DNA of 64,000 bases, taken from assembly GCA_035566895.1 (NCBI GenBank), contig DATMQA010000007.1, positions 54,395 to 118,394 of the forward strand, written 5' to 3'. This document shows, piece after piece, positions 45,190 through 55,364 of this stretch. The translations under genes were made by a program, and so were the position numbers. The stretch's first letter is position 1, and every line of letters starts with the position of its first letter. Source of the stretch: Candidatus Binatia bacterium (GTDB lineage: Bacteria > Verrucomicrobiota > Verrucomicrobiia > Limisphaerales > UBA8199). The notes under the pieces are model-generated. The model was not told the DNA's origin, did not search any database, and worked only from the letters and a program-made list of their open reading frames with translations.

Positions 45190-47109
45190 ATGGCCAATAA
45201 AAGCATCTTGTTGGCGGTCGCGGACCGTCTGACATTAGTTGACATTACCCAGGCTCTAGGCGCCGGGTGGGAAGCGACCTCGGTTTCCACCGAGGCAGAC
45301 GCCTTTGCACAATTGGAAAAACGCTCATTCGATGCGCTGGTGGTGGACTTCAACCTGGGCTCACCCGACGGCAGCGAGTTGCTGAACCAGGCAATGGAAA
45401 AGCGCCCCGAAACACCTGGATTCTTGCTGGCCTATGAAGCGGATTTGGCGCTGGTCGCTGCGAAAGTTGTGGGACCGCACCAAATCCTTCCCAAGCCTAT
45501 CGAGGCCGCTTCCCTGAAAAGCAGGATCGAGAATGGCGTGGCCCCGGACGATTCGAACTCCAACCAAAGCGGAAGCGAGCCGGCCACCGGCGTCGGCGCC
45601 TCACCGGCATTCCCGCCCGTCTATTCCGAGGTGCTCAAGGCGCTCGACTCGCCGGACGTTACCAACGACCAGGTGGGAGAAATCATCGCCCGAGACGCGG
45701 CGCTGACGGCTGAAGTATTGCGCCTGACCAATTCGGCGTACCTGGGTTTGCCGCGCAACCTCACCGACCCGGTGGAAGCGGTGGCCTCGCTGGGGCTGGA
45801 GACAGTCAAAACGCTGGTGATGGCCCTGCGATTCCTGGCCGAGCACGGCCAACTGAAACCCGGCTATTTGTCGCTCGAGCAAATATGGCAACACAGCCTG
45901 AACGTGGGGCAGATCGCCCGAGACTTGGTACTGTTCGAGACCAAGGATCGAACGCTGGCTTCGCAGGCGCTCGCGGCTGGGCTGATCCACGACCTCGGCA
46001 AGGTGGTGCTGGTCTTGAACTTCGACGATTTGTACGGACGCATCCACTCCCTGGCGCGCAAACAACCCGTTTCCCTATCGGATATTGAAAAAGAGATGTT
46101 TGGAGCCAGCCATGGCGAAATCGGAGCCTGCCTGGTGGGAATGTGGAACCTGCCCAGCGCCATCGTCGAGGCGGCTGCCCTCCACCATGAGCCTCCCCTG
46201 GGCGAACAGCAGCAGCTTACTCCGCTAGCCGCCGTCCACATTGCCAATGTCCTCGAACACCAGCTCCGGCCGAGCGACCAGGGCCTGATGGTGGCGCCTG
46301 TAATCAATGCCCCCTTCCTCAATGAGTTAGGGCTGCTCCAACGGCTACCGGTGTGGCGGGCCGCCTTTGCCAACCGCAGAGCTGCAAACCCCGATCCGGA
46401 GGCCGAGTCGGGCGAGACAAATCAATGGGGAGCGACGATGCTTTCAACCGCGACGCCGTCACGGACAGCGAATCAACTGCCGGGACCCGCCGCCGCAACA
46501 CGCACCGCCACCTCGGGGAGTGGTGACGAAGAGCCGGCGGTTCATGCTTCTCGCTACCTGCAGGGGCACTGGGTTTCCGCCGGTATTGCCGCCGGACTCC
46601 TGATTTTACTCGCCCTCTGGTTTGGAAAAGAAACCGAGCTCAACCCGAACGAGCCCGTTTACGCCCGGACGCCCGTCTCTTACGAGGCGCCTGCAGTTGT
46701 CTTCTCGACTCTGCCGCGAGAAACGGTTCCACCGCGAGAAACGGCTCAACCGGTGGCAGAAGTCAGACCGGCCATGGATGTTTCAGAGGAAGCATCGGCA
46801 ACGAATGTGTCATCCGCAACCGTTCCCGAGCCGGAGATTTCCCGGCCCGCGCCCGAGCCAACCGCCGTGGTTGCTCCCCCGGCGACTGTTACCAACGTCC
46901 CGCCCCCCACCGTGGCGCCAAAGGAACCACCGCCGCCGGAATTCCGACTAACCGGGATCATTTATACTGTTGGCCGTCCTTGTGCGATCATGAACGGCAA
47001 AACGGTGTACGTTGGGGACCACATCGACGGCGCAACTGTGATCAGCATTGGACGGACCAATGTGACGCTACACAAGAACGGCCAGCGCAAGACTTACGCC
47101 CTGCGTTAA
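45190..47109 (+). CDS. receiver-HDOD signalling protein with a Pro-rich TM-anchored C-terminal domain
   Basis: Receiver-like N-terminus (ALVVDFNLGSPDG), HDOD core (LTAEVLRLTNSAYLGLPR...HDLGKVVL), a TM helix, a Pro-rich spacer and a small C-terminal beta domain (GIIYTVGRPCAIMNGKTVYVGD). Confidence 0.7.
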   Translation: MANKSILLAVADRLTLVDITQALGAGWEATSVSTEADAFAQLEKRSFDALVVDFNLGSPDGSELLNQAMEKRPETPGFLLAYEADLALVAAKVVGPHQILPKPIEAASLKSRIENGVAPDDSNSNQSGSEPATGVGASPAFPPVYSEVLKALDSPDVTNDQVGEIIARDAALTAEVLRLTNSAYLGLPRNLTDPVEAVASLGLETVKTLVMALRFLAEHGQLKPGYLSLEQIWQHSLNVGQIARDLVLFETKDRTLASQALAAGLIHDLGKVVLVLNFDDLYGRIHSLARKQPVSLSDIEKEMFGASHGEIGACLVGMWNLPSAIVEAAALHHEPPLGEQQQLTPLAAVHIANVLEHQLRPSDQGLMVAPVINAPFLNELGLLQRLPVWRAAFANRRAANPDPEAESGETNQWGATMLSTATPSRTANQLPGPAAATRTATSGSGDEEPAVHASRYLQGHWVSAGIAAGLLILLALWFGKETELNPNEPVYARTPVSYEAPAVVFSTLPRETVPPRETAQPVAEVRPAMDVSEEASATNVSSATVPEPEISRPAPEPTAVVAPPATVTNVPPPTVAPKEPPPPEFRLTGIIYTVGRPCAIMNGKTVYVGDHIDGATVISIGRTNVTLHKNGQRKTYALR

Positions 47110-47499
47110 GCAAGTGATTGTTGTAAACGCAAGCTGCGGAGGTTCTTTTTTCGAGGACAGGACCGACAGAATCATGGCAGGACAGAACCATAACACGTAG
47201 AATTGCTGCGGAATGCTTTCTCCACAGGACTGGCTTGAGCGCCTCAGAAAAACCAGCGGAGGCCAACGCAAAACAGGCCGCAAGTGAGGGAGCCGAGACC
47301 AAGAACAACATCGCCCGGAAGGCGTTTCTGAGGAAGCTCGATCCTCATATACAAAACTTCACTGCCAGGCACTTCGGGTTTAGGAATTGGAATTTGGAGC
47401 TTCTCTGGAGCCTGGTGGATGAAGACAGCATCGAGCGAAGGAGCTACCTGGCGCACAGGTAAAATTGGAAATTGGAAACTGTCTCACCTTCGCGTAAAG

Positions 47500-49095
47500 A
47501 TGTCCCCCGTGAAGCATAAGCCCGCACCACCACTAAAACCGGCACCCTCCGCCCTGCCTTCTGCCCCTGCTCTCTCGAAGGGCCTGCGGCGCTACTTGTA
47601 CCTGACGGCGGCAACGACGGGGGCCGCCATTATGATCGTCGAGATTCTCGGCGCCAAGATGCTCTCGCCCTTCGTCGGCCTGTCGCATTTTGTGTGGACG
47701 GCGCAGATCGCTGTGACGCTGGTGGCGCTGGCCACCGGTTATTATGCCGGCGGGAAACTCGCGGACCGGGCGCAAGGCCTGGTGTGGCTTTACTGGGCCA
47801 TCCTGGGAGCCGCCGCTTACCTCGGCCTCACGGTGCTGATTTGCGAGCCGGTGGCCTATTGGTGCCTGGATTTCAACCTGGCGGTCGGTTCGTTATTGGC
47901 TTCGGCTATTTTGTTCTTTGTTCCACTGGCGCTGCTGGCCATGACGGGCCCGTTCCTGGTCCGCGTCATCACCACGTCCGTCGCGAATGTGGGCGGCAAC
48001 GTGGGACGGCTAACCTCCACAAGTACCATGGGCAGCTTCGCCGGGACGATGTGCATCGGTTATGTGATGATCCCGCTGCTGCCCAATTCTTTTACGATGT
48101 GGGCGACGGCGGGAGGCCTGATCCTGGTGTGCGCGGGCTACTTTGCCATCTTCCACGGCAAACCCACCGGGCCGCTCCTGGCTACTCTGGCGGTCGTCGT
48201 GGCGGTTGGGCTCGGCGCTTACCGCGAACAGGCGAGCCCATACCGCTATGTTATCGAGCTGTTCCGCGGCAATTCTCATTTCGGCAAACTCCAGGTCGTC
48301 GACCGCCTCGACGGCTCCTGCCGCTATTACCTGAACGACAATTTGGTCCAAAACACTTACGACCCTGAGCTCAAGCAGAGTGAATCCTCCTTCACCTACT
48401 TGCTTGCCGGTCTCGCGCGCGCCTACACCACCAACATCCATGACGTGCTCTGCATCGGCCTGGGTGTCGGCATCGTGCCGATGGATTTTGCCCGCCAGGG
48501 AGCCCAGGTGGATGTCGTCGAGATTAATCCCGCCGTCGTGCCCGTCGCGGTGAAGTTCTTCAATCTCCACCCCGAAAGGCTCCGTCTGACCATCGATGAC
48601 GGGCGCCATTTCCTGAATCGCTGCCAAAAAAAGTACGACGCGGTGGTGTTGGACGCGTTTCTGGGGGATTCCTCGCCGTCGCATTTGCTGACCCGCCAGG
48701 CCTTCGCCTCCATCCGCCGTGTGCTGCGCCCCGGCGGCGTGCTGGTCATCAATACCTTCGGCAACCTCGAACCCGGCCGCGACTTCTTCACCGCCTCGCT
48801 GCACAAGACCTTAAGAGCCGTTTTTGCCGGCGTGCGAATTCACACTTGCGGCAATGGCGGCATCTTCTTCGCAGCGACCGACCGCCCCGAGCCTGAGTTT
48901 GTTCATCCGCCGGACCTTTCGGGCGTGCACGAGGATGCCCGGCTGGATACCCAAAGCGCATTTGGCAACCTCGTGACCACCGCCCCCGAGAGTGGCCGCG
49001 TCCTGACCGACAATTATAACCCGGTCGAGTACTACGACGCCAAGAACCGCGAAGACACCCGCCGCCGCCTGGCCATGCGCGCCAAGGAAATGTAA
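47500..49095 (+). CDS. membrane-fused spermidine synthase-like (class I SAM-fold) protein
   Basis: About seven N-terminal TM helices, then VLCIGLGVGIVPMDFARQGAQVDVVEINPAV...YDAVVLDAF. Confidence 0.7.
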   Translation: MSPVKHKPAPPLKPAPSALPSAPALSKGLRRYLYLTAATTGAAIMIVEILGAKMLSPFVGLSHFVWTAQIAVTLVALATGYYAGGKLADRAQGLVWLYWAILGAAAYLGLTVLICEPVAYWCLDFNLAVGSLLASAILFFVPLALLAMTGPFLVRVITTSVANVGGNVGRLTSTSTMGSFAGTMCIGYVMIPLLPNSFTMWATAGGLILVCAGYFAIFHGKPTGPLLATLAVVVAVGLGAYREQASPYRYVIELFRGNSHFGKLQVVDRLDGSCRYYLNDNLVQNTYDPELKQSESSFTYLLAGLARAYTTNIHDVLCIGLGVGIVPMDFARQGAQVDVVEINPAVVPVAVKFFNLHPERLRLTIDDGRHFLNRCQKKYDAVVLDAFLGDSSPSHLLTRQAFASIRRVLRPGGVLVINTFGNLEPGRDFFTASLHKTLRAVFAGVRIHTCGNGGIFFAATDRPEPEFVHPPDLSGVHEDARLDTQSAFGNLVTTAPESGRVLTDNYNPVEYYDAKNREDTRRRLAMRAKEM

Positions 49096-49213
49096 TTGCC
49101 CGCAAGATTGAATTTGCCAATCGTCCCAATTCTCCCTACGTTGTCATCGTGGTAACCGACTTGGGCACAACGACGACGATTTAGCGTTCATCCTCAACGC
49201 GGATGAACGCCAC

Positions 49214-49246
49214 GCCTCGATCTTCACCTTCGAGGCTTTTTTATTT
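49214..49246 (+). terminator. rho-independent terminator
   Basis: GCCTCGA-9 nt loop-TCGAGGC followed by TTTTTTATTTAT. It lies 119 nt after the stop of the spermidine-synthase-like gene. Confidence 0.8.
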
Positions 49247-49349
49247 ATGATTTCAGCCACAGAACAACACGCACGCACAAAAAGTGGGAACTCCCACTAC
49301 TGCGCTTTTTCTTTGTACTCTTTGTGTTCTTTTGTGGCTAAAAGCTTTT

Positions 49350-51410
49350 ATGGAATCGAACGAACAACAACCTGAACGCAAATCCCTCGACCAGCGCCAC
49401 CGGATGAGTGACATCGAGCGCCTGCGCCATTCCTGCGCCCACGTCATGGCCACTGCCATCCTTCGCCTCTGGCCTGATGCCCAGTTCGCCGCTGGTCCCC
49501 CCGTCGAAAACGGCTTTTACTATGACGTCGAACTGCAGCACCGGATCACCCCAGAAGATTTCCCATCGATCGAGGCGGAGATGAAACAGGAAATCAAAGC
49601 CAACCATGTCTTCGAGAAACAAATCGTCACCCGCGAACAGGCTATCAAAGACTCCGAGAGCGGACGGCTCGGCGCACTTGCCGAGCGGCCAAACCATCCG
49701 AGCAAATTCAAACTCGGCAACCTGGCTGATATCCCCGAAGGCGAACCGATTTCCTACTTCAAGAACGGGGATTTCATCGACCTCTGCGCCGGGCCGCATG
49801 TGATGCGCACCGGCAACATCGGTGCGTTCAAACTCACCAGCGTCGCCAGCGCCTATTACAAAGGCGACGAGCGCAACCCGCAACTCCAGCGCATCTACGG
49901 CACCGCCTTCAAGAACAAGACCGAAATGGAGGCCTATTTCAAGATGGTCGAAGAGGCCAAGCGCCGCGACCATCGCAAAATCGGCCAGGAAATGGGCCTG
50001 TTCACGATCGACCCGGATTTCACCGGGCCGGGATTGCCGCTCTGGCTGCCCAAAGGCGCGGCGATCTGCGAAGAATTGGAAAAACTCGCGAAAGAAACTG
50101 AGTTCGCCGCCGGCTATGTGCGTGTGAAAACCCCACATATTGCGAAGGAAAAGATGTATCTGACCAGCGGACATCTGCCGCATCTGTATGCAGAATCGAT
50201 GTTTCCGCCGATGGAACTAACTGAAGAAGGACCACTGTATCGAGCAAACGCGAACCTTTCGAAAGACATGGATCAACTCGTGAAGGAACGTTTACTTGGC
50301 ATGGCGAAGGATATTGAAAAGCAAGTCAAAGCCAAAGTTGGAGAGAAGGAAGGAGAATGCTCCGAAGATTTGAGCAAGGAGCTCGAGCAAAACTACGTTC
50401 AGCTCAAAGGAATTTTGTCCGAAGAGAAGATTGCTACTGACCGCTATTACCTCAAAGCCATGAACTGCCCGCACCACCACCGCATTTTTGCGGCAGAGCC
50501 GCGCAGTTACCGCGATTTGCCCTTGCGCCTCGCGGAATACAGCACCTGCTACCGCTACGAGCAGTCCGGCGAACTGTTCGGCCTGATGCGCGTGCGCTCG
50601 CTCAACATGAACGACGCGCATATCTATTGCACCCCGGAGCAATTCGCCCAGGAATTCAACGCCGTCAACGAGATGTATATCAAGTATTTCAAAATCTTCG
50701 GCATCGACAAATACGTGATGCGTTTCAGCACCCACGACCCGTCCCGCCTGACCGGCGACAACGCCAAATTCGTCAACGAACCGGAACTCTGGAAAAAAAC
50801 CGAAGAAATGGTTCAGCGCGTCCTGGACGATAGCAAGATCCCCTACATCAAAGTGCCCAACGAGGCCGCCTTCTACGGCCCCAAGATTGACGTCCAGGTC
50901 TGGAGTGTCATTGGCCGCGAATTCACCCTGGCGACCAACCAGGTCGATTTCGCCGTGCCGAAACGTTTCGGCCTGGTCTATCGCGACAAAGACAATACCG
51001 AGAAAACCCCGCTCTGCATCCATCGGGCGCCGCTAGGCACCCACGAGCGGTTCATCGGCTTCCTCATCGAACATTATGCCGGCAACTTCCCGCTCTGGCT
51101 CGCCCCTGAGCAGGTGCGCGTCCTCACCATCGGCGAAGAAGAGCCGCTGGTGAACTACGCCAAAGCCATCGTCATGGAACTGCGAGCCAACATGGTCCGG
51201 GCCGAGGGCGATTACACGAACGACAAGATCAATGGCAAAATCCAGCAAGCCGAGGTGGCCAAGGTCCACACCATGCTGGTCGTCGGCCCGCGCGACATGC
51301 AAGCTGGCGCGGTGAGCGTTCGGGTCCACGGCAAAGGGAGCTTGGGAGCCAAACCGCAAGGGGAAGTGGTGGCCGACATCCTGGCCTCGATTCGTGAACG
51401 GCGGCCCTGA
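49350..51410 (+). CDS. thrS: threonine--tRNA ligase (no TGS domain; large insertion in the catalytic core)
   Basis: Editing-domain HSCAHVMA, RDHRKIG, MNCPHHHRIF, motifs 2 and 3, and an anticodon-binding domain. The start is taken at ATG 49350. Confidence 0.9.
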   Translation: MESNEQQPERKSLDQRHRMSDIERLRHSCAHVMATAILRLWPDAQFAAGPPVENGFYYDVELQHRITPEDFPSIEAEMKQEIKANHVFEKQIVTREQAIKDSESGRLGALAERPNHPSKFKLGNLADIPEGEPISYFKNGDFIDLCAGPHVMRTGNIGAFKLTSVASAYYKGDERNPQLQRIYGTAFKNKTEMEAYFKMVEEAKRRDHRKIGQEMGLFTIDPDFTGPGLPLWLPKGAAICEELEKLAKETEFAAGYVRVKTPHIAKEKMYLTSGHLPHLYAESMFPPMELTEEGPLYRANANLSKDMDQLVKERLLGMAKDIEKQVKAKVGEKEGECSEDLSKELEQNYVQLKGILSEEKIATDRYYLKAMNCPHHHRIFAAEPRSYRDLPLRLAEYSTCYRYEQSGELFGLMRVRSLNMNDAHIYCTPEQFAQEFNAVNEMYIKYFKIFGIDKYVMRFSTHDPSRLTGDNAKFVNEPELWKKTEEMVQRVLDDSKIPYIKVPNEAAFYGPKIDVQVWSVIGREFTLATNQVDFAVPKRFGLVYRDKDNTEKTPLCIHRAPLGTHERFIGFLIEHYAGNFPLWLAPEQVRVLTIGEEEPLVNYAKAIVMELRANMVRAEGDYTNDKINGKIQQAEVAKVHTMLVVGPRDMQAGAVSVRVHGKGSLGAKPQGEVVADILASIRERRP

Positions 51411-51501
51411 GACCCGAGTTCCACGCTCAATCGAACTGGAACTCGTCGTCTATGCGGCTTTGAATGCGCCGTGTCTCGTGTCGCAGCCAGTTCGCCGCTT
51501 T

Positions 51502-51541
51502 GCAGAATACAATTCTGCGATACAGCAGATTAGAAATCTGC
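51502..51541. other. two adjacent near-identical 7-bp-stem hairpins between convergent genes
   Basis: GCAGAAT-aca-ATTCTGC (51502-51518) and GCAGATT-aga-AATCTGC (51525-51541). No T-run follows. Confidence 0.6.
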
Positions 51542-51598
51542 GCTACTTCGTCTCCTGCGGCGTTTGAGGTCTTAAAGCAGCTCCCGACCGCCGCCATG

Positions 51599-52243
51599 TC
51601 ATGGCACGCTCAGCCGATAAAACCGGCAGGGGTACTTTGACGCGTCCATGTCGGCGTACACCAGCAGGCTGTTGGTCCCCGTATTGGTGGTGCAAATCGT
51701 CGTCCATACCGGCGCGCTCAGGTTAGTGGCAGCCTGGATACAACATGGCTGCCCGGGCGCGCTGGGGAGGACGATACACATGCCGCCGTTCGCCATCCGG
51801 GTGACCCCGGGACACAGCGTGGCAACGTCCAAAGTACCCGTGTTCGTTTGCTGATTCGGGCTTCCTCCGTCCGCAGCGAGGACACTGAAAGGACTGGGTC
51901 CCGGGGGTGTCGTACTGGTAGTGGAGACGACCAGACTGGCGGTGGCTGAAGTGATTGGTTTGCCGGTAAATTTGATGGGGTTTGGAGAAAAGGCGGCAGT
52001 TGCTCCCGCTGGCAGACCTGCGGCGCTCAAATAAATCTCCATTTTGCCGTGGCCAGTCCTGGAGACCGTCACAACAAAGGTGGCATTACTGCCCTGGAGA
52101 ATCGGGTCCGGCGATTGGGGGCCGACCGTCACCGAAGTGAGAATCGGATCTGCCAAAGCGTTAGCGCCGAAGGCGACCAGCACTGCGAGCGCACCGACCA
52201 AAGATCTCCGGACTGTCTTTTCAGGGTTTTGCATATCTTTCAT
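51599..52243 (-). CDS. small secreted Ig-like protein with a C-terminal FYR-P module
   Basis: Signal peptide. The tail is IQAATNLSAPVWTTI...KYPCRFYRLSVP-stop. Confidence 0.7.
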   Translation of the reverse strand: MKDMQNPEKTVRRSLVGALAVLVAFGANALADPILTSVTVGPQSPDPILQGSNATFVVTVSRTGHGKMEIYLSAAGLPAGATAAFSPNPIKFTGKPITSATASLVVSTTSTTPPGPSPFSVLAADGGSPNQQTNTGTLDVATLCPGVTRMANGGMCIVLPSAPGQPCCIQAATNLSAPVWTTICTTNTGTNSLLVYADMDASKYPCRFYRLSVP

Positions 52244-52634
52244 AAATTCTGAATTCTGGTATTAAGGTATGGTCAGTTTGGGATACCGCTATCGGGCCGA
52301 ACCCCGAACCTTTTCCCGGTGAATCGCCAGACACAGTCCAGGGGAATCCCCGGGTACCTTAACCTTCGGCGCGTCTGGCCGTATCCTTCCCGCGCGCCCG
52401 GGTGTAACTCGCAAGGTCAGTCTTCCGTCTGTGGACTCAACAACAGCGCGCGCCCGTCTGGATTTATGCGGATAAACAGAATCGTCCTAAGCAAAAATAT
52501 GGCGCTGGCTCAAAAGGTTAAAAAGCAGGCCAACCAGCGGCGCTTCGTCGTCGGCTCCCTGCCGGCCATTCCGTTTGAGATTGTGGAATCGCCTTGAGTT
52601 TGCGCCGGCGTTCCGGTATCGCAAGTCTGAGGCA

Positions 52635-53636
52635 ATGATGCGTCTCGTTCAACTCAAGCATCCTGTGCATGGCCGGCGCGTCGCCCTGGTAGACGGGAGC
52701 CGCTTGTGCCTGCTGGACGGCCCAGAGTCAATTTATCGCTTCGCCGAACTCGCCGTGGTTAACCGCGATCCTCTGGCCCAGACCGTCTCAACTGCATGCT
52801 CGGCAGAGTGGCTGGATTACGAACCGGTTTATCGCGGCCAATCGGATTGGCGCCTGTTGCCGGCCTTTGACCATCCCGACGAACCGGCGCGCTGCCTGGT
52901 CACCGGCACAGGTCTGACTCACAAAGCCAGCGCCGCGAATCGCCAGGCCATGCACAAAGATAAAGTAGCACCCGTCACCGACAGCATGCGCATGTACGAG
53001 TGGGGCCTGAAGGGTGGCCAGCCGGCGCCAGGAAAAATCGGCGTGCAGCCCGAATGGTTTTACAAAGGCTGCGGCGCGATCCTGCGCGCCCATGGCGAAC
53101 CACTCGAAGTTCCGCCCTTTGGGCTTGACGGTGGTGAGGAAGCCGAAGTGGCGGGGGCCTACTTTATCGACCCGTCGGGCACGCCGCATCGGGTGGGGCT
53201 GGGCCTGGGCAACGAGTTCTCCGATCATAAAATGGAAGCGCAGAACTACCTTTGCCTCGCCCATTCGAAATTGCGCACCTGCGCTCTTGGCCCCGAATTG
53301 CTCATCAACCCGGACTTTGGCGACGCGCGCGGCACGGTGCGCCTGTGGCGGAGCGGGGAGACCGTTTGGTCCAAGCCGTTCGCAACCGGCGAGACGAACA
53401 TGTCCCACACCCTCGCCAACCTCGAGCATCATCATTTTAAATACCAGGCCCACCGACGACCCGGTGACGCCCACATTCATTTTTTCGGGGCGGATGTGTT
53501 CAGTTTTGGCGAAGGCATTGAATTGGCTGACGGCGACGTTATGGAAATCGAATTAGCTGGCTTTGGCCTCGCGTTGCGCAATCCGCTTCGCATCGACCGG
53601 TCCGAACCGCGCTGCGTCGAGGTGAAACCGCTCTGA
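52635..53636 (+). CDS. FAH-fold protein (GguC/AraD1-like)
   Basis: The MMRLVQL...G.R.ALVDG opening and overall length resemble the GguC/AraD1 subgroup. This is a recollection-level match only. Confidence 0.45.
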   Translation: MMRLVQLKHPVHGRRVALVDGSRLCLLDGPESIYRFAELAVVNRDPLAQTVSTACSAEWLDYEPVYRGQSDWRLLPAFDHPDEPARCLVTGTGLTHKASAANRQAMHKDKVAPVTDSMRMYEWGLKGGQPAPGKIGVQPEWFYKGCGAILRAHGEPLEVPPFGLDGGEEAEVAGAYFIDPSGTPHRVGLGLGNEFSDHKMEAQNYLCLAHSKLRTCALGPELLINPDFGDARGTVRLWRSGETVWSKPFATGETNMSHTLANLEHHHFKYQAHRRPGDAHIHFFGADVFSFGEGIELADGDVMEIELAGFGLALRNPLRIDRSEPRCVEVKPL

Positions 53637-53640
53637 TGCA

Positions 53641-54366
53641 TCACGCATCGCGCTCCCTTTTCTGCGCGACCGCCGTCCAACCCAGCGTCAGCGCGTCGTG
53701 CTTGAGATGGCAGTCGCACCAGAGGAAGAAGCGGTTGATGGCCCATCTCAGCGGCCGGGCGGACACCGGCTGGATATGTTGCACCACTTGGCCCAGGTAA
53801 ACATAGGAGCGGCCCCGGTTGAAAAGCCTCTTCAGTTCCAGTCCGCTTTCGTTGACCAGGTGCAGCAGGCCGTCATAAGGGTAGCGGAAGAAATCATGAG
53901 GGACCTCGTGCCGCGGCCAATACAGCGGTGTGCTCAAAATCAAATGCCCCCCGGGCCGAAGCGTGCGCTGCATTTCGCGCAACGCTCGGAGCGGGTCGGG
54001 CAAGTGTTCAAGGACTTCCGTGCTTACGACGGTGTCGAACGAACCATCCGGGAAGGGCAGTTCCAACGCCGAGCACACCACTTCCGGCTGCGATCGGTCC
54101 GAAAGGTAATCGGTCCCAATATATTTGGTGGCGCCGGCGAAGAAGGTCTTTTCATACGGCCGACGCCCGCACCCCACATCCAGCAGCGTCCCTTTGACGA
54201 AAGGGGCGCATTGCCGCAAGGAACTCTCGAGCATCAGCATCGTCAGATAAGTCGTGTGCCAGTCTGGAACCGAGCACTGGCGTTCCCCGGGCAACCTGTC
54301 GAGCGGATGTTCGGCCAAAGGATGAGCGGGCGTGCGGGGCATGTTGCGTGATGCGTGAAAATGCAA
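53641..54366 (-). CDS. class I SAM-dependent methyltransferase
   Basis: LLDVGCGRRPY motif I and the Methyltransf_11-like block DTVVSTEVLEHLPDP. Confidence 0.8.
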   Translation of the reverse strand: MHFHASRNMPRTPAHPLAEHPLDRLPGERQCSVPDWHTTYLTMLMLESSLRQCAPFVKGTLLDVGCGRRPYEKTFFAGATKYIGTDYLSDRSQPEVVCSALELPFPDGSFDTVVSTEVLEHLPDPLRALREMQRTLRPGGHLILSTPLYWPRHEVPHDFFRYPYDGLLHLVNESGLELKRLFNRGRSYVYLGQVVQHIQPVSARPLRWAINRFFLWCDCHLKHDALTLGWTAVAQKRERDA

Positions 54367-54367
54367 T

Positions 54368-55303
54368 TCAGGTTCGCCGGAAGTAAGCGTAGATGCTGCT
54401 GCCCCAACGGGGCAGGAGAAATTTCATTCCGGTCTTTCGGTAGAAGATTGAGAGCGCTTCGAGCACCGCGGGTCCTCCCAGCCGTCCTGGTTTGCCTAGC
54501 ACCGGTGCGAGCTGGTTGTGGACTTTCCAGAAATGAGTGATTTCCGAGCCTAACAGCCTGTCGCCACCGCTCTCGATCAGCGTCAATTGCGCGGCGCGGG
54601 CGCTTTGCTCGAAATCCTGCAGGCGCCAGCGCGTCAGATGATGCGGCGGCCATTGGTGAGGGTCCCATGGAACCAAACGGAGGACGCCATTGGCCGAAGG
54701 CACCGCAACAGAAATGAGGCCGCCTGGCCCGAGCCGCGCTGCCGCTTGCCGAAGAAGTGGGACCGGTTCCGGAACATGTTCCAGCACCTGAAAAAGTGTG
54801 ATGAGGTCAAACCCCTTCACGCCGGGTTTCAACCCATCAAGCAATTCGCTGAAGACCTGGTGCCCCTTTGCCCGCGCCTTTTCGGCGGCGGCCCCGTTCA
54901 ATTCCAAGCCCCAGGTTTCGCAGCCGGCCTGCCGTGCCAGATCAAGGAAGATGCCGCTACCGCAGCCTACGTCCAGCACCCGCCTCAGCCCGAGGCGCCG
55001 TGCCAGGCGCAATGTCCGCCCAAACTCCGGCCGGTTTTCGACAAAGTACTCGGCGTGCTCCAGTTCCTTGTAGAACGCCTCGTTGCCGGCGAGCGACGGC
55101 TCGAAGAATTCAAATCCGCAGCGCTCACACTGGCACGGCTCGATGATGTACTCCGGCGCGATCTTGCCCCACGCCGCGGCGCTAAAATCCCGTCCCACTG
55201 CCCGCCACAGCTTTCTCAATTCCTCGCCGCTGAGCTGTTCGACCGCCCGCGACTCGGGATGTGCGCAAAGGGGACAATTACAGCGGTCAATTTGAGATGG
55301 CAT
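54368..55303 (-). CDS. class I SAM-dependent methyltransferase with an N-terminal zinc ribbon
   Basis: CPLCAH...CERCG, then VLDVGCGSGIFL and FDLITLFQVLEHVPEP. Confidence 0.8.
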   Translation of the reverse strand: MPSQIDRCNCPLCAHPESRAVEQLSGEELRKLWRAVGRDFSAAAWGKIAPEYIIEPCQCERCGFEFFEPSLAGNEAFYKELEHAEYFVENRPEFGRTLRLARRLGLRRVLDVGCGSGIFLDLARQAGCETWGLELNGAAAEKARAKGHQVFSELLDGLKPGVKGFDLITLFQVLEHVPEPVPLLRQAAARLGPGGLISVAVPSANGVLRLVPWDPHQWPPHHLTRWRLQDFEQSARAAQLTLIESGGDRLLGSEITHFWKVHNQLAPVLGKPGRLGGPAVLEALSIFYRKTGMKFLLPRWGSSIYAYFRRT

Positions 55304-55364
55304 TACGGAAATCAGCGGATACGGACCAGCGTTTACATTTCGTCATGAGCGCAGTCCGATTGGG

